A stretch of 63,594 bases of DNA, filler included, from Octopus bimaculoides (GCF_001194135.2; 7 parts of 5 records of this genome joined end to end with filler, not necessarily neighbours in it); one strand, 5' to 3'. Numbered from the whole stretch's first letter, positions 37,576 to 51,103 are shown. A program made the numbers and translations. Notes: generated from the sequence alone by a model not told the origin.

Positions 37576-39140
37576 CTAGAGTAGAAAAGAATCATTGACA
37601 AGCCGGGCGAAATGCTTAGCGGTATTTCGTCCGTCTTCAAATTCCGCTGAGATCCACTTTGCCTTTCATCCTTTCGGGATCGATGAATTAAGTACCAGTT
37701 GCGTAGTGGGGTCGATCTAATCGGTTGGACCCCTCCCCCAAAATTTCGGGCCTTGTGCCTAGAGTAGAAAAGAATCATTGACAAGCCGGGCGAAATGCTT
37801 AGTGACATTTCGTCCGTCTTTATGTTCTGAGTTCAAATTCCGGCGAGGTCGATTTTGCCTTTCATCCTTTCGAGGTTGATAAAAAAAAAGTAGCATTTGA
37901 GCTCTAGGTTCGATTTAATCGATTTACTCCACCCCAGAACTTGTTACGCACACACACGCACATTTATATATCATGTGTGTACATACACATATACTTTTAC
38001 AGACAAACAAACATTTATTTGAGTGTGATTGATCGAACAGCTTCCGCTGCTTGTGTAAATACAATTTTGTCTCTTCTATTTAAGTACCGATAGAAAATGT
38101 AATCTCATTCCATATCTGGACAGTAAATACTTTATTCTATATAATATGCAAAACCTTATTTGAACGTGCTTGGTTTAATGACTTGTTCTGTCGGTGTATT
38201 TTATTACCCAGCTTTCCTTACAAATCCGGTGGCAAATGTGGTCTCATTTCATATCTGGCCTTATATTATTATATTCATTTACAAGAGAGAAAACCTAAGT
38301 TTTTCAACTGGTAATATAAAAATAAATAAGATAAACCGGTAAGCTAGCAGAGTCGTTCTCACGCTGGGTAAATTACTTAACGGTATTTCACCCGGTTTTA
38401 CGTTCTTAGTTCAAATTCCGCTGAGGTCGGACTTTGCCTTTCATACTTTCGAGAACGTTGGGGGTTGATGTAATCGACTTAACCGTTTCCCCGAAATTGC
38501 TGGTAATTTGAAACTAATATAAAATAATTATTTCTACTCAAGGCACAAGGCCCTGAAAATTTTAAGGGAAGGGAGCTTGTCGATTATTTCGACCCCAGTG
38601 CAGAACTGGTGTCGACCCCCGAAAGGATGAAAGGCAAAGTCGACCTCGGCGGAATTTGAACTCACAACGTAGCGGCAGTCGAAATACTGCTAAGCATTTC
38701 GCCCGGCTTGCTAACAACGATTCTGCCAGCTCGTCGCCTTACCAATATAAAATACATAACATCTTAGGTGGCGAGCTGGCAGAATCGTTTGCAAGCCGGG
38801 CAAAAATACTTAGCGGTTGTAAGTTTAAAATGCCGTCGAGGTCGACTTCGCCTTTCATCCTTTCGGGATCGATAAAATAAGTACGATGCCGCCAATATAA
38901 TCAACTAAGCCNNNNNNNNNNCAATATAAATAGATAAATAATAATAAGACAAGTCAGTGGGGCACACTAGACGAAATGCGTAGTAACATTTCGTCCGCCT
39001 CTTTTGAGTTCAAATTCTTCCGAGGTCGACTTCGCCTTTCATCCTTTCGGGATCGATAAAATAAGTACGATGCCGCCAATATAATCAACTAAGCCACCTC
39101 CCCCGAAATTACTGGGCTTTGAGCCAAACTTTGGAAGCAA
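37576..39140. mobile_element. Cluster of at least six SINE family C copies in both orientations
   Basis: Copies at about 37576-37757(+), 37758-37935(+), 38335-38520(+), 38520-38745(-), 38768-38911(+), 38960-39140(+). Confidence 0.85.
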
Positions 39141-39501
39141 TATAAAATTAAAATAGAATAAAATAATAAGGTCTTGCCAAGCCAGAGACAGATAGACATA
39201 GATATAGATAGATATAGATGAATTAAGCAAGATAAACCAGGTCTAAAAAGTAAATAATAATAATAGGTTCTTTTCTAAACTGATAAGCCGATTTTTATAA
39301 AATTTACCAAAGGCTACCTCCCCTCATACCTCTAAAATCAAAAGCGCGAACCTTTACCAGCAAACAAACTAACTCCACCCTAATCAATATTTTTGACCTG
39401 CATAAAAAGAGTATAAGCGGCAGAAATATTTTCTTTTTCTCGAATTTTCATTATGTTTATTGTGAAAAACAACATTGTTACTTACATCCTGATCCAAAAC
39501 G

Positions 39502-39561
39502 TAGCTGATGTCGCTGAAGTGCTAATCTAGATTAAAGCTTAGACTTCAGCGACATCAGCTA
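39502..39561. other. 60 nt hairpin with a perfect 19 bp stem
   Basis: tagctgatgtcgctgaagt (39502-39520) / acttcagcgacatcagcta (39543-39561). Confidence 0.9.
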
Positions 39562-40479
39562 AAGGCTGCTCATTGTCCCTGTTCCTTCCTAATCTGTTAA
39601 GCACAATAATATGTATATATATAAAAAAAAAAAGTGGGATGGATGATGGTATTTTGAGTGAACAGCAGCAGCAGCAGAAGTAGTTAGTGGTAGTAGTGGT
39701 GGTGGTGGTGGTGGTGGTGGTGGTGATGGTTTGTTGTAGCAGTCGTCGTAGTGATGGTTTCTTGTAATCTTCCCCTTCATAATAAAAATTAGCAATGAAA
39801 GGGCGCTGGCACACACATAAACGCGCGAACACACACGCACACACACACACACACACACACATACGCACACGCACACACACATACGCACAGACAAACACAT
39901 CCACACACAAACATTTACACGCACACGGCCGCACATGAACGCGCGCTCACGCATACTGGATTAGACACACGCGAACACAGAAACACGCGCCCAGCACTTA
40001 CACACACACACACATTTTCACACGTTCACACATACACACCCACATCTCAGGTTACTNNNNNNNNNNNNNNNNNNNNNNNNNNNNNNNNNNNNNNNNNNNN
40101 NNNNNNNNNNNNNNNNNNNNNNNNNNNNNNNNNNNNNNNNNNNNNNNNNNNNNNNNNNNNNNNNNNNNNNNNNNNNNNNNNNNNNNNNNNNNNNNNNNNN
40201 NNNNNNNNNNNNNNNNNNNNNNNNNNNNNNNNNNNNNNNNNNNNNNNNNNNNNNNNNNNNNNNNNNNNNNNNNNNNNNNNNNNNNNNNNNNNNNNNNNNN
40301 NNNNNNNNNNNNNNNNNNNNNNNNNNNNNNNNNNNNNNNNNNNNNNNNNNNNNNNNNNNNNNNNNNNNNNNNNNNNNNNNNNNNNNNNNNNNNNNNNNNN
40401 NNNNNNNNNNNNNNNNNNNNNNNNNNNNNNNNNNNNNNNNNNNNNNNNNNNNNNNNNNNNNNNNNNNNNNNNNNNNNNN

Positions 40480-40800
40480 GGCAAGTGTCTTCTACTATAG
40501 CCTCGGGCCAACCAAAACCTTGTGAGTGGATTTGGTAGACGGAAACTGAAAGAAGCCCGTCGTATATATGTATATATATATGTATATTTGTGTGTATATG
40601 TTTGTGTGTCTGTGTTTGTGCCCCCAACATCGCTTGACAACCGATGCTGGTGTGTTTAGTCCCCCGCAACTTAGCGGTTCGGCAAAAGGGCCCGATAGAA
40701 TAAGTACTAGGCTTACAAAGAATAAGTCCTGGGGTCGATTTGCTCGACTAAAGGCGGTGCTCCAGCATGGCCACAGTCAAATGACTGAAACAGAGGAGGA
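40480..40800 (+). mobile_element. SINE family A (5' end in gap)
   Basis: Near-consensus core and 3' body. Confidence 0.9.
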
Positions 40801-41262
40801 AAAGAGTAAGAAAATTGAGAGAGAGAGAAAGAGAGAGCAAAGATAAGGCAGAGAGAGCAAAAATAAGGCAGAGAGAGGGGAAAAGAGAGAAGGTGAAAGT
40901 GGGGGAATTTTAAAAGGGATTAATCGAAAGAAATAGAAAATACGGTGTGCGTGCGTATGTGCATGTGAACGAAAGAAAGAGAGAGAAAGAAATACGAAGA
41001 GATAGAGAAAGCGAGAGAGAGAGAGTTAGAGAGGGGGTGATTGAGAGCGAAGGAGGGAATGTGAAAGCTGAGTTGTTTAAACAAGCCCCACTTATGGGAA
41101 GGGGAACGTAGTGACACTGACATATTTGCTTCTAAGCTAACTACCAAAAGAAAATCAAAAACACAGACGCAAACTTACACACACACACACGTACATATAC
41201 ACTCAAACACATGTACACAGATTCGCTCGCTCACGCACACGGACAGACAGACAGACAGACAG

Positions 41263-41297
<35 letters not shown>

Positions 41298-41448
41298 GAG
41301 AGAGAGATAGTTATGGCGAGTTCATAGGTTTACCCAGGGTGTAGCGTCCATAAAGCGCCTAGCTTTACACACGTTTCATCAGACTCCGCTCTGCTGCTCA
41401 ACGCCGTAGGAGTGTACTTCTCTTTCAGATTTAGGATTTAACTGACCG

Positions 41449-41910
41449 TAGCCTCGGGCCGACCAAAGCCTTGTGAGTGGATTTGGTAGACGGAAACTGA
41501 AAGAAGCTCGTCTTCCTTTTCTATTGGACTTATCTCTGTCTCCTGTTTCTGAAGAAGAGCTTTACTCGAAATGTAAAACCACCCTTCTTTCCTTCCCCGA
41601 GCGTCTGCTAATACTTTACATGTACTAAGTCCTCACGTTGTTGTTCTTTTTTGTGTTTGTTCTTCGTTTTTTTTTTCATTATATATAATATGTGTGTGTG
41701 TCTGTGATTGTCCCCACCACCATCGCTTGACAACCGAAGCTGGTGTGTTTGCGTCCCCGTAACTTAGCGGTTCGGCAAAAGAACACCGATAGAATAAGTA
41801 CTAGGCTTACAAAGAATAAGTCCTGGGGTCGATTTGTTCGACTACAGGCGGTGATCCAGCATCGACGCAGTCAAATAACTGAAACAAGTAAAAATAATAA
41901 AAGAATAAAA
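41449..41910 (+). mobile_element. SINE family A interrupted by a Penelope-like terminal repeat (41510-41680)
   Basis: Family A core ends at gaaagaagc and resumes at gtgtgtctgtgattgtcccc; the insert matches 50570-50740 and 57430-57570. Confidence 0.8.
41544..41580 (+). ncRNA. Minimal type I hammerhead motif with canonical CUGANGA core
   Basis: gttt-CTGAAGA-a-gag(cttta)ctc-GAAA-tGTA-aaac; helix I gttt/aaac. Confidence 0.7.
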
Positions 41911-42324
41911 GAATATACATGATTAAGACTAGCTTTGCAACCACGTGGTTACGGGTTCAGTTCCATTACTGTGCTGATTAATTACCATATTTTATAATAA
42001 TATATATATATATATATATATANNNNNNNNNNNNNNNNNNNNNNNNNNNNNNNNNNNNNNNNNNNNNNNNAAAAAACAATAACAAAAAAACAAAAAAAAC
42101 ATGCATATACACACACACACACAGCTCTTGGACAATTGGTGTAGGTTTAAGTTTTCGTAACATAGCAGTTCGCCAAAAGAAAACAATAGAATCAGTAGCC
42201 AACTTTAAAAATTAGTACAGGGGTTCAACTAAAATCATTCAATGTCTCGGCCCAGCATATCCGCTGTCTAATAATTGAAGACTTAAAAGATGTAAGATAA
42301 AAGACGGGAAAAGATAAATAAAAT

Positions 42325-42930
42325 TAGGCGTGGCTGGTGTGTTAATACGCTTGTTTCCCAATCACATGGTTCCGGATTCAGTCCCACTACGTAGCCACAA
42401 GGCGACCAAAGCCTTGTGAGTGACTTTGGAAGAGTGAAACTGAGTGTATTTGTGTCTGTGTTTGTTCCACACCACCGCTTGACAAACGGTGATGGCTTAT
42501 TTACGTCCCTGTAACTTAGCGGTTCGACTGAAAACTCGATAGGAAATGTAACAGGCTTGAAAAATAAAACAAACTAGTAATCATAATAATCTTTTCTACT
42601 ATATGCACAAGTCCTGAAATTCTGAAATTTTGGGTGAAGTTGGCTAGTGGATTACATCAAGTCCAGTGTTCCACTAGTACTTATGTAATCGACCCCGAAA
42701 AAATCGATTAAATAAGGATGAAAGGCAATGTCGGCCATAGCGGAATTTGAACTGAGAATGTAAAGACGGACGATATGCTCCAAAGCATTTTGTACGGTGT
42801 GCTAACGACTCTGCCACTTTGCCGCCATAACAATAATAAATCAAACATGGGGCCGGTTCTTTCGATTAGAATTCTACAAGGCAGTGCTCCAGCATGGCTG
42901 CTATCTGGTAACTGAAACAAGTAACTGAAA
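42325..42930. mobile_element. Decayed SINE A (+, 42325-42570), SINE C (-, 42580-42830) and a SINE A tail fragment
   Basis: Diagnostic family motifs, diverged. Confidence 0.7.
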
Positions 42931-43279
42931 AAAGGAAGAAAGAAAATATTTAATTGATAAGTGTTAATATAACGCAAAGGAATAGAGATTTTAAATCTAG
43001 GCTGAAACCTTACCAGCACCATGAGATAATCCCGACTCGGCTAATCGCATTGAATGATAAAAAACATTTAAAGTCGTTTAGAATAAACAATTAAAGTCAA
43101 CTCGCTTCGATTGGTAAAACCTAATTTCGCTTCAATGGATTTCATGTGTAATGCAGACTATAATATCAAGACATAATGATGAAGACTTTGAGAGTTATAC
43201 ATTTAAAAAATATATCTATCAAAAACCATTTTCCTCATATTACACACCGACACGTGTTTCTGCTGCATAGGTAGGAGTG

Positions 43280-43356
<77 letters not shown>

Positions 43357-43692
43357 CCATGGCTGTGTGGTAAGAAGTTTTCTTCCTAATTACATAATCC
43401 CGGGTTCATTCCCACTGCTTGGGCAAGTGTATATATATATACATATATATATATACATATNNNNNNNNNNNNNNNNNNNNNNNNNNNNNNNNNNNNNNNN
43501 NNNNTTAATTAATTAANNNNNNNNNNNNNNNNNNNNNNNNNNNNNNNNNNNNNNNNNNNNTAGCGGTTCAGCAAAAGAGACCGATAGAATAAGTACTAGG
43601 CTTACAACAAATAAGTCCTGGGGTCGATTTCCTCGACTAAAGGCGTTGCTCCAGCATGGCCGCAGTCAAATGACTGAAACAAGTAAAAGAGT
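43357..43692 (+). mobile_element. SINE family A across a gap
   Basis: Head before the gap, consensus 3' body after it. Confidence 0.8.
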
Positions 43693-44369
43693 AATCAAAA
43701 TTATTTGGTCGACGCACAGATAAATAGGAAGAGTTGATTGTTATGACGTTTCAAATCCTGTCGTGCTTTGGAATAGGTTGTAAAGTGGAAAGAGAAAGAT
43801 GAGAGAAGTAAAAAAAAAACACTGGAAAAAGCGAAGAAGAAAAATGTAAAGTACAATACGGCCAAAAAGGCCATAGACGCAGGCGAAGATGAGTGGTTAA
43901 GAAGTTCGCTATGCAACCATGGTGTCTCGGGTTCGATCTTACAGCGTGGCATCTTGGGTAAATGTCTTTAAAACAGGTTAGAAGTCTATATAGATTTGTG
44001 AGTAGATGAGGACAGAGGTATTGGGTACACATTTTGATTAGCAGTAATTCTATTTCAAAAATCCAACCTTGTCTCTCACTGTGTCACAGTGAGTCTACTT
44101 TTATATTGCATTAAGGGTAAACGTGCTTGTGGAATACTCAGCCACTTTGCACACTAATCGAAACGATAGAAATACATCATGTGTGTGTATGCGTGCGTGT
44201 GTACACTCTACGTAATACATGTGTCCCTTCTAAGACATCATCAGTCTTATCATACTGGATTACAACTCCATAATCGAAGAACGACTTCATCCCAAAGTTT
44301 AGTAGCTAATATTCTGTACGCAGCTCGCTTAAACAGGACTAACATCATGTTTATTGTTGGAAGTAAAAA

Positions 44370-44660
44370 GTTTGTTCGTCCATTCCATCCATTTTTGCTA
44401 CCCACTGTTCCTGAGAGTGGCGTAGAGATAGAGTCCTCAGGCACCTCCTACATAAGATTCTAACGGAAACAACCGTCATTGCACGTTCCTGTTGAATTCC
44501 CAAGCGTTACCAACTGAGACTATGGATATTGTCCAACCATCTCGATTTTGGCCTACTCGTACTCATACTTCTGCTGGTCCGGCTTACGATCCTTTACAGC
44601 GACATTCTGACCACATGTCCATAGTATCTGAGTTGTGATCTTTCAATGTTAAGAAAAGTT
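44370..44660 (-). mobile_element. RTE-clade (Rex3/Expander-like) LINE 3' fragment
   Basis: LLNIERSQLRYYGHVVRM..RPKSRWLDNI..W*RLGI, then a GGAT-like tail. Confidence 0.75.
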
Positions 44661-44689
44661 TATCTACAACAATATTTGTGACACTCTAA

Positions 44690-44900
44690 GGTGACAAGCT
44701 GGCAGAATCGTTAACACGCCGGGCAAAATGCTTAGCGGCATTTCGTCCGTCTTTATGCTCTGAGTTCAAATTCTGCCACGGTCTATTTTGCCTGTTATTC
44801 TATCGAGATCGATAAAATAAGTACTAGTAGAGCACTTGAGTCGATGTAATCGACTTACCCCCTCTCCTGAACTTTCTGGCCTTGTGCCAAAATTTTAAAG
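44690..44900 (+). mobile_element. SINE family C, full length
   Basis: gctggcagaatcgttaacacgccgggc...gagttcaaattctgcc...ggccttgtgccaaaatt. Confidence 0.85.
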
Positions 44901-45569
44901 CAATTTCAGCATAGCATAACTAAACTAAGAAATTTTGTTATTCTGATTTTGGTAATTATCATCCACTTGTTTGTATTTTTTACACCGTATGTCAGGAAAG
45001 ACCTGATCAGCTTCATTTTGAAATGCTGCAGCCTTGTCAGTTTTTCCCTGCTGTCGTGTATGCAGAATGTGTCTTGATAGAATCGATTTACTTTCACAGA
45101 AATGTCCTATGACTTAAACAGACTCAGGTTTTGACAGAAACTCTTTTATTTCTCTTTTCCTTTCCATTTCTTCCACCACTACCCCCCACCCGCACCACCC
45201 GCACCACCACGTTTGAAATTCACTAGAGTCTTGTATTGCAGTTTTTGACAGGATTTTCTTANNNNNNNNNNNNNNNNNNNNNNNNNNNNNNCCCCATTAG
45301 AGAATGCTGATAATTGCAATAGATGGCAAAACTTCACTTTTTCCCCCCCTTTACAATAGACTAGATTCGAATTCGGCTGAATAAGACAGAATTCTATAAT
45401 ATTATATTTCCTGTCAGTTTCACTGCTTTTCTTGTGTTTATTTATTTTCCCTTGCCAAAAGCAGGTCTCAGAATAGTTAAAAATTAAAACATTTAGTAAT
45501 TCTGTAATGAAATTCTCTGATTTATATAAGTGAGAGAAATAAGATTACGGATATTCGTGGCTTTCTTAA

Positions 45570-45641
45570 GAGCATTTATGACGTAAGAGGAGTAAAATGG
45601 CGGCGACTGGGAATAAACATCAAATTTTAGATTTGGTTTGC
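45570..45641 (+). promoter_or_regulatory. Candidate promoter/translation start (CRE-like ATGACGTAA; YY1-like AAAATGGCGGC)
   Basis: ATGACGTAA at 45578-45586; AAAATGGCGGCG overlapping ATG 45597 (MAATGNKHQILDL); weak gtttgc donor at 45636. Confidence 0.4.
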
Positions 45642-47094
45642 ACAAACCATTACCTCAGCAGCATTCTTTATTTCAATATTCACTTAAAAATTTATACATA
45701 CATTTTTAATTCTAATTTAATCTCCTCTAACAGAAATAGCGTCTTTATTCAATATTTTTTCAAGTTTTGCTTTGAAATTTATTGCAATTTTTTGATATTT
45801 CTCAATAATTTTCTTTCTAATCAAGAATGTTCTGGAAGACAGCTTAGACTAAAAACATTGCCTTTTTAACATTTTTATTGCTAATTTAAAATGCTTCGGC
45901 CTTGTTGCGTTGAGTTTATATTTTTGGCTCTATTGTCTGTTAATTACCATTACCTAATTGTAAACGTTTGAGCATATACTTCTCTACGAATTTACGGCAA
46001 AAATTGAAATAAAATCTTCTGTTCTCCTTAGAGAGAGAGAGAAAGAGAGAGAGAATGGGAGAGAAGATAAGAGAGAGTAAATGAGAGAGAGGGGAGAGTC
46101 AGTGAGTGAATGAGAAAGTGAGTGGGTGAGAACAAGAGAATGAAAAAGAAAGAGAAAGTGAGTGGATGAGTGAGTGAGCGAGAGAGTCAGTGAGTAGGTG
46201 AGTGGGTGACTGACTGAATAACTAAGAGAGTGAGAGAAAAAGAGTGAGTGAAAAAGAAAGAGAATAAAAAAGAAAGAAGGTGAAAGAAAAAAAAAGAGTG
46301 AGAGAGAGAGAGAGACAGAGAGAGATTCAAAATTACGGAGTGATTAAGTAATTCGCTACTCAGTCACAACGTCCTGGATTTAATCTCGAGATGCCATCTT
46401 GGTCAAATATCATTTACCGTAGTCAGAACAGGATTAAGACCCACAAAGGCCTTAAGCACTTAACAGAGTTTGGTACCCCCATACACTTGTGATTAAAAAT
46501 ATAAACAATAATTATCCATAAAATAATTTTTTTTAGTTTTCAAATAAAACACAACTAGCAGTAAGATGGAAAATAATGGGTTTTTTTTTTTGCATATTTC
46601 CACTTTATATTTGAAAAGTTTTTTCCTACTATTTTTAATTGCAGTCTCTGATCAGATCCCCAAAATTAATCTTACATAACACATCTGCGTCTAGTAGAGA
46701 TAAGGCATGCTGAATATTATTTTAGGAAATTTAAAGTGAATTCTTTTGTGTCATAAGCCATTTACCACTTTTGTGGTGCCTCCTCCCTCTCCTTGATGCC
46801 CTAGGCGCGTGCTTATTTTGCTTAATGGCTAATCCAGCGCTGACAGCAGACACTCTCAATCCAGACTTTTATGAGGGAAAACTGAGGATCTGGAAAATAG
46901 ATAGAAGCTCGTCAGATGAATTGCATCTAAGTCAAATGTCCTGTTGCCAAATGCTGTTACTCTGGTTCTTCCTGAGAATTACGATACGAATGCATGCTTA
47001 CAGTGTACTCGGCTACTTCATGCGATAATGGAATGACTAAACGTTTCGGTTGATCGAACAACTGAATGCTCAACGTCGAAATCGACGGCAAATC

Positions 47095-47570
47095 ATCGTC
47101 ATCATCATTATCATTATCATCATCATCATCATCATCATCATCATTACCATTTCACGTCAGTTTTCCATGCTACCATGGGTAGGACGGTTTGACGATGGGA
47201 AGACTGCACCAATCTGTGCTGTCTGTCTCGGCATGGTTTCTGTGGCCGGATGCCCTTCTTAATGCCAATCACTTTACAGAGTGCACGGGGTGCTTTTTAC
47301 GTGACTCCACCAGAAATGAGGTCACAAAGTAACTTGCAGGACAAGACCCCTCAACTGGATGGAGTAGTATTGAGAGACAGATGGCGGAAGGGAGGAGAGA
47401 AAGATGGTGAAGATGTGTACAGAGATGGGACAGGGACTGTACACCGAAGTTACTGGGTGGTGAATATAGTGAGGTAGACCCTGAATTGGAGAGGGTTAGT
47501 AGGCGTGTGAGTTTCGAAAGGAGGGTGGGAGCTTGCGGTAGAGGAAGGAAAGGAATTTAACAGGGGTATA
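47095..47570 (-). mobile_element. RTE-tail family element
   Basis: Reverse complement of aagaagggcatccggcc...ccatggtagcatggaaaactgacgtgaaat(gat)n. Confidence 0.75.
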
Positions 47571-48585
47571 TTGTATTATTTCTTTACTACCCACAAGGGG
47601 CTATACACAGAGAGGACAAACAAGGACAGACAAACGGATTAAGTCGATTATACCGACCCCAGTGCGTAACTGGTACTTATTTAATCGACCCCGAANNNNN
47701 NNNNNNNNNNNNNNNNNNNNNNNNNNNNNNNNNNNNNNNNNNNNNNNNNNNNNNNNNNNNNNNNNNNNNNNNNNNNNNNNNNNNNNNNNNNNNNNNNNNN
47801 NNNNNNNNNNNNNNNNNNNNNNNNNNNNNNNNNNNNNNNNNNNNNNNNNNNNNNNNNNNNNNNNNNNNNNNNNNNNNNNNNNNNNNNNNNNNNNNNNNNN
47901 NNNNNNNNNNNNNNNNNNNNNNNNNNNNNNNNNNNNNNNNNNNNNNNNNNNNNNNNNNNNNNNNNNNNNNNNNNNNNNNNNNNNNNNNNNNNNNNNNNNN
48001 NNNNNNNNNNNNNNNNNNNNNNNNNNNNNNNNNNNNNNNNNNNNNNNNNNNNNNNNNNNNNNNNNNNNNNNNNNNNNNNNNNNNNNNNNNNNNNNNNNNN
48101 NNNNNNNNNNNNNNNNNNNNNNNNNNNNNNNNNNNNNNNNNNNNNNNNNNNNNNNNNNNNNNNNNNNNNNNNNNNNNNNNNNNNNNNNNNNNNNNNNNNN
48201 NNNNNNNNNNNNNNNNNNNNNNNNNNNNNNNNNNNNNNNNNNNNNNNNNNNNNNNNNNNNNNNNNNNNNNNNNNNNNNNNNNNNNNNNNNNNNNNNNNNN
48301 NNNNNNNNNNNNNNNNNNNNNNNNNNNNNNNNNNNNNNNNNNNNNNNNNNNNNNNNNNNNNNNNNNNNNNNNNNNNNNNNNNNNNNNNNNNNNNNNNNNN
48401 NNNNNNNNNNNNNNNNNNNNNNNNNNNNNNNNNNNNNNNNNNNNNNNNNNNNNNNNNNNNNNNNNNNNNNNNNNNNNNNNNNNNNNNNNNNNNNNNNNNN
48501 NNNNNNNNNNNNNNNNNNNNNNNNNNNNNNNNNNNNNNNNNNNNNNNNNNNNNNNNNNNNNNNNNNNNNNNNNNNNNNNNNNNNN

Positions 48586-48645
<60 letters not shown>

Positions 48646-48741
48646 AACAAATATTTATACATATATATGTATATATATTTTTCTTCGTGCTTTGAGTTCT
48701 ACTTACAAACCTATCAACAAACCTATACATATATAAATATT

Positions 48742-48773
<32 letters not shown>

Positions 48774-49393
48774 GAGAGAGAGAGAGATTGAAAGTGAGGA
48801 GAAACAAAGATATATACACACACATACATACACACTCTGTTACTAATGTTACTACTACTACTGTATTATTTTTACCTTTCTCCTGTTCTGTCTATCTTAT
48901 CTAATGTGAATCTGCCTTCCAGCTCTTTATATCTTCACAAAACATATTTGTCTTTGTAATTTCAGACATCTTTATATCTTCGTGTGTTAATATCTTCATA
49001 TATCATCCTATCATAAATATCTTTATATAGTGTAAATATTCGCGTTTTTAATAAAACTTTGCTTATCTTTGATCCAGTAATTCAAAAAATCTTATCTACA
49101 AATACGATAGAAATTAACAAGCTTTCTTATTATATTTTCTAAACGCAATATTTCATTAATTAGCAGAAGAGTTGTTTTTCGTGTTTTTAATTAAATAGGT
49201 AGATGATTCACTAATTAAATATTTTTCATCAACAGTTTGAATTATTCTTAAAAAATAATAGTCGTAAAACGTTCGGTTTAAGGGTCCTACTTGAAATGGA
49301 ACCTGCATTCGATCCGCTAAAGACAATAGACAAAAACCTAATGTCTGCTTGGTAGGTTATCTAACCTGTTTTAATAGAGAATCTAGTCATAAG

Positions 49394-49600
49394 GCAACGA
49401 GCTGGCAGAATCGTTTGTATGCCGGACAAGATGCTTTGCGACATATTGTCCGTCTTTATGCTCTGAGTTCAAATTCCGCCGAGGTCGACCTGGTCTTTCA
49501 TCCTTTCGAGGCCTATAAAATAAGTACCACTGGAATTCATGTAATCTCCCTACCCACTCACCCAAACTTACTGGCCTTATGCTAAAATTTGAAACCATTG
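49394..49600 (+). mobile_element. SINE family C
   Basis: ggcaacgagctggcagaatcg...gagttcaaattccgccgaggtcgac. Confidence 0.85.
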
Positions 49601-50569
49601 TAGGATGTTGGTTTTTGTTTTGTTTTTAGGTTGGTAATTATATGCAAATTAGAGTTATAACTCTCCATTATAAGCTGTGGAAACATGTCTTTGACAAAAT
49701 GTTTTGTTGGTTTGCAATGTCAAGCTCAGAGAAATAGTTACTAGATAGTCCCTTCTTAAGACTAATAATTTCGGTGATGAACTCTCCCAGTACCATATGT
49801 TGCAACACACGTTTTAAGATTGAGTCAGTAAGTACGTTGAATATTTCTTTAGAAATAATTGACTCGTCTGTTATTTTGCTTAACTATTGCAGAACAGAAT
49901 ATTCCAATCCTCATAGGTAGGGTAGGCGGTGCTCACTCTCGTGCTGTAGTTGCACCCTCCTCCAGCGTCCTCCTGGTCAAGTCCTTGACGTCCACCCGAC
50001 GAAGCGAGAGCAAGGATTCTGGAGACTGATAACGCGACCAAAATATTATAGTCTTCGTCAGTTTTTACTCTACATTACTTGCATAACTAGATTACTCAGT
50101 TTTGACATTCATTATTTGACGGTTCCGAAATCATAATAAATATATCTGATCCTGGATAGACACACATAGACATTCTGTGTTAGCAGTCGAATTTTTAACT
50201 GGGACGCTTTTCACTGAATATAGAATGAAAACTATTTCCAATTTTAATACAACTATTATCTGTATTAAACTATTGGTTATTCTTTTCATCACATTCATTA
50301 AAGAAAGCCTTTCTTCAAGATTGTAATGATATCTGTCCCAAATTTAAATTCTCCATATAAAGATTTCTTGCAAACATGAAAAAAAAAGCGAAAAACATCG
50401 GAAAAGTTTAACAAAATATATATATATATATATATANNNNNNNNNNNNNNNNNNNNNNNNNNNNNNNNNNNNNNNNNNNNNNNNNNNNNNNNNNNNNNNN
50501 NNNNNNNNNNNNNNNNNNNNNNNNNNNNNNNNNNNNNNNNNNNNNNNNNNNNNNATATATATAGTTAAT

Positions 50570-50740
50570 CCCAAAAAGAACGAACAAGCACAAGAAAGAA
50601 ACAACAACGCGAGTACGTGGTACATGCAAAGTATTAGCAGACGCTCGGGGAAGGAAAGAAAGGTGGTTTTACGTTTCGAGCAAAGCTCTACGTCAGAAAC
50701 AGGAGACGGAGGAAAGTCCAAGAGAAAAGGAAGACGGGGG
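50570..50740 (-). mobile_element. Penelope-like terminal repeat with hammerhead motif at 50665-50702
   Basis: Minus strand gttt-CTGACGT-a-gag(ctttg)ctc-GAAACGTA-aaac; same family as 41510-41680. Confidence 0.75.
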
Positions 50741-51035
50741 AAAATATATATGAATGAGAAAAGGAAGAAATTGACGTACAGACGTTATTTATTCAAAGAT
50801 ATTCGAATCCATGTAGAGAAATTCCTGAACACTGGTATAAAACCGGAGAACTAGGAAGCTTGCATCCCTTAAGGGACTATACTTCCTTGACTGACTAAAT
50901 ATATACATATATACATACATCTATATATATATATGTGTGTGTGTGTATGTGTGTGTGTATATATATATATGTATGGATGTATGGATGTATGTATATGTAT
51001 GTATGTATATATATGTATGTATGAGTGTATGTATG

Positions 51036-51103
<68 letters not shown>

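Noticed and set aside
49900-50040. HDV-like ribozyme in a GC-rich island
   Set aside because: A P1/P3-like arrangement can be drawn, but the loop and P1.1 residues do not fit; probably a LINE 5' fragment.
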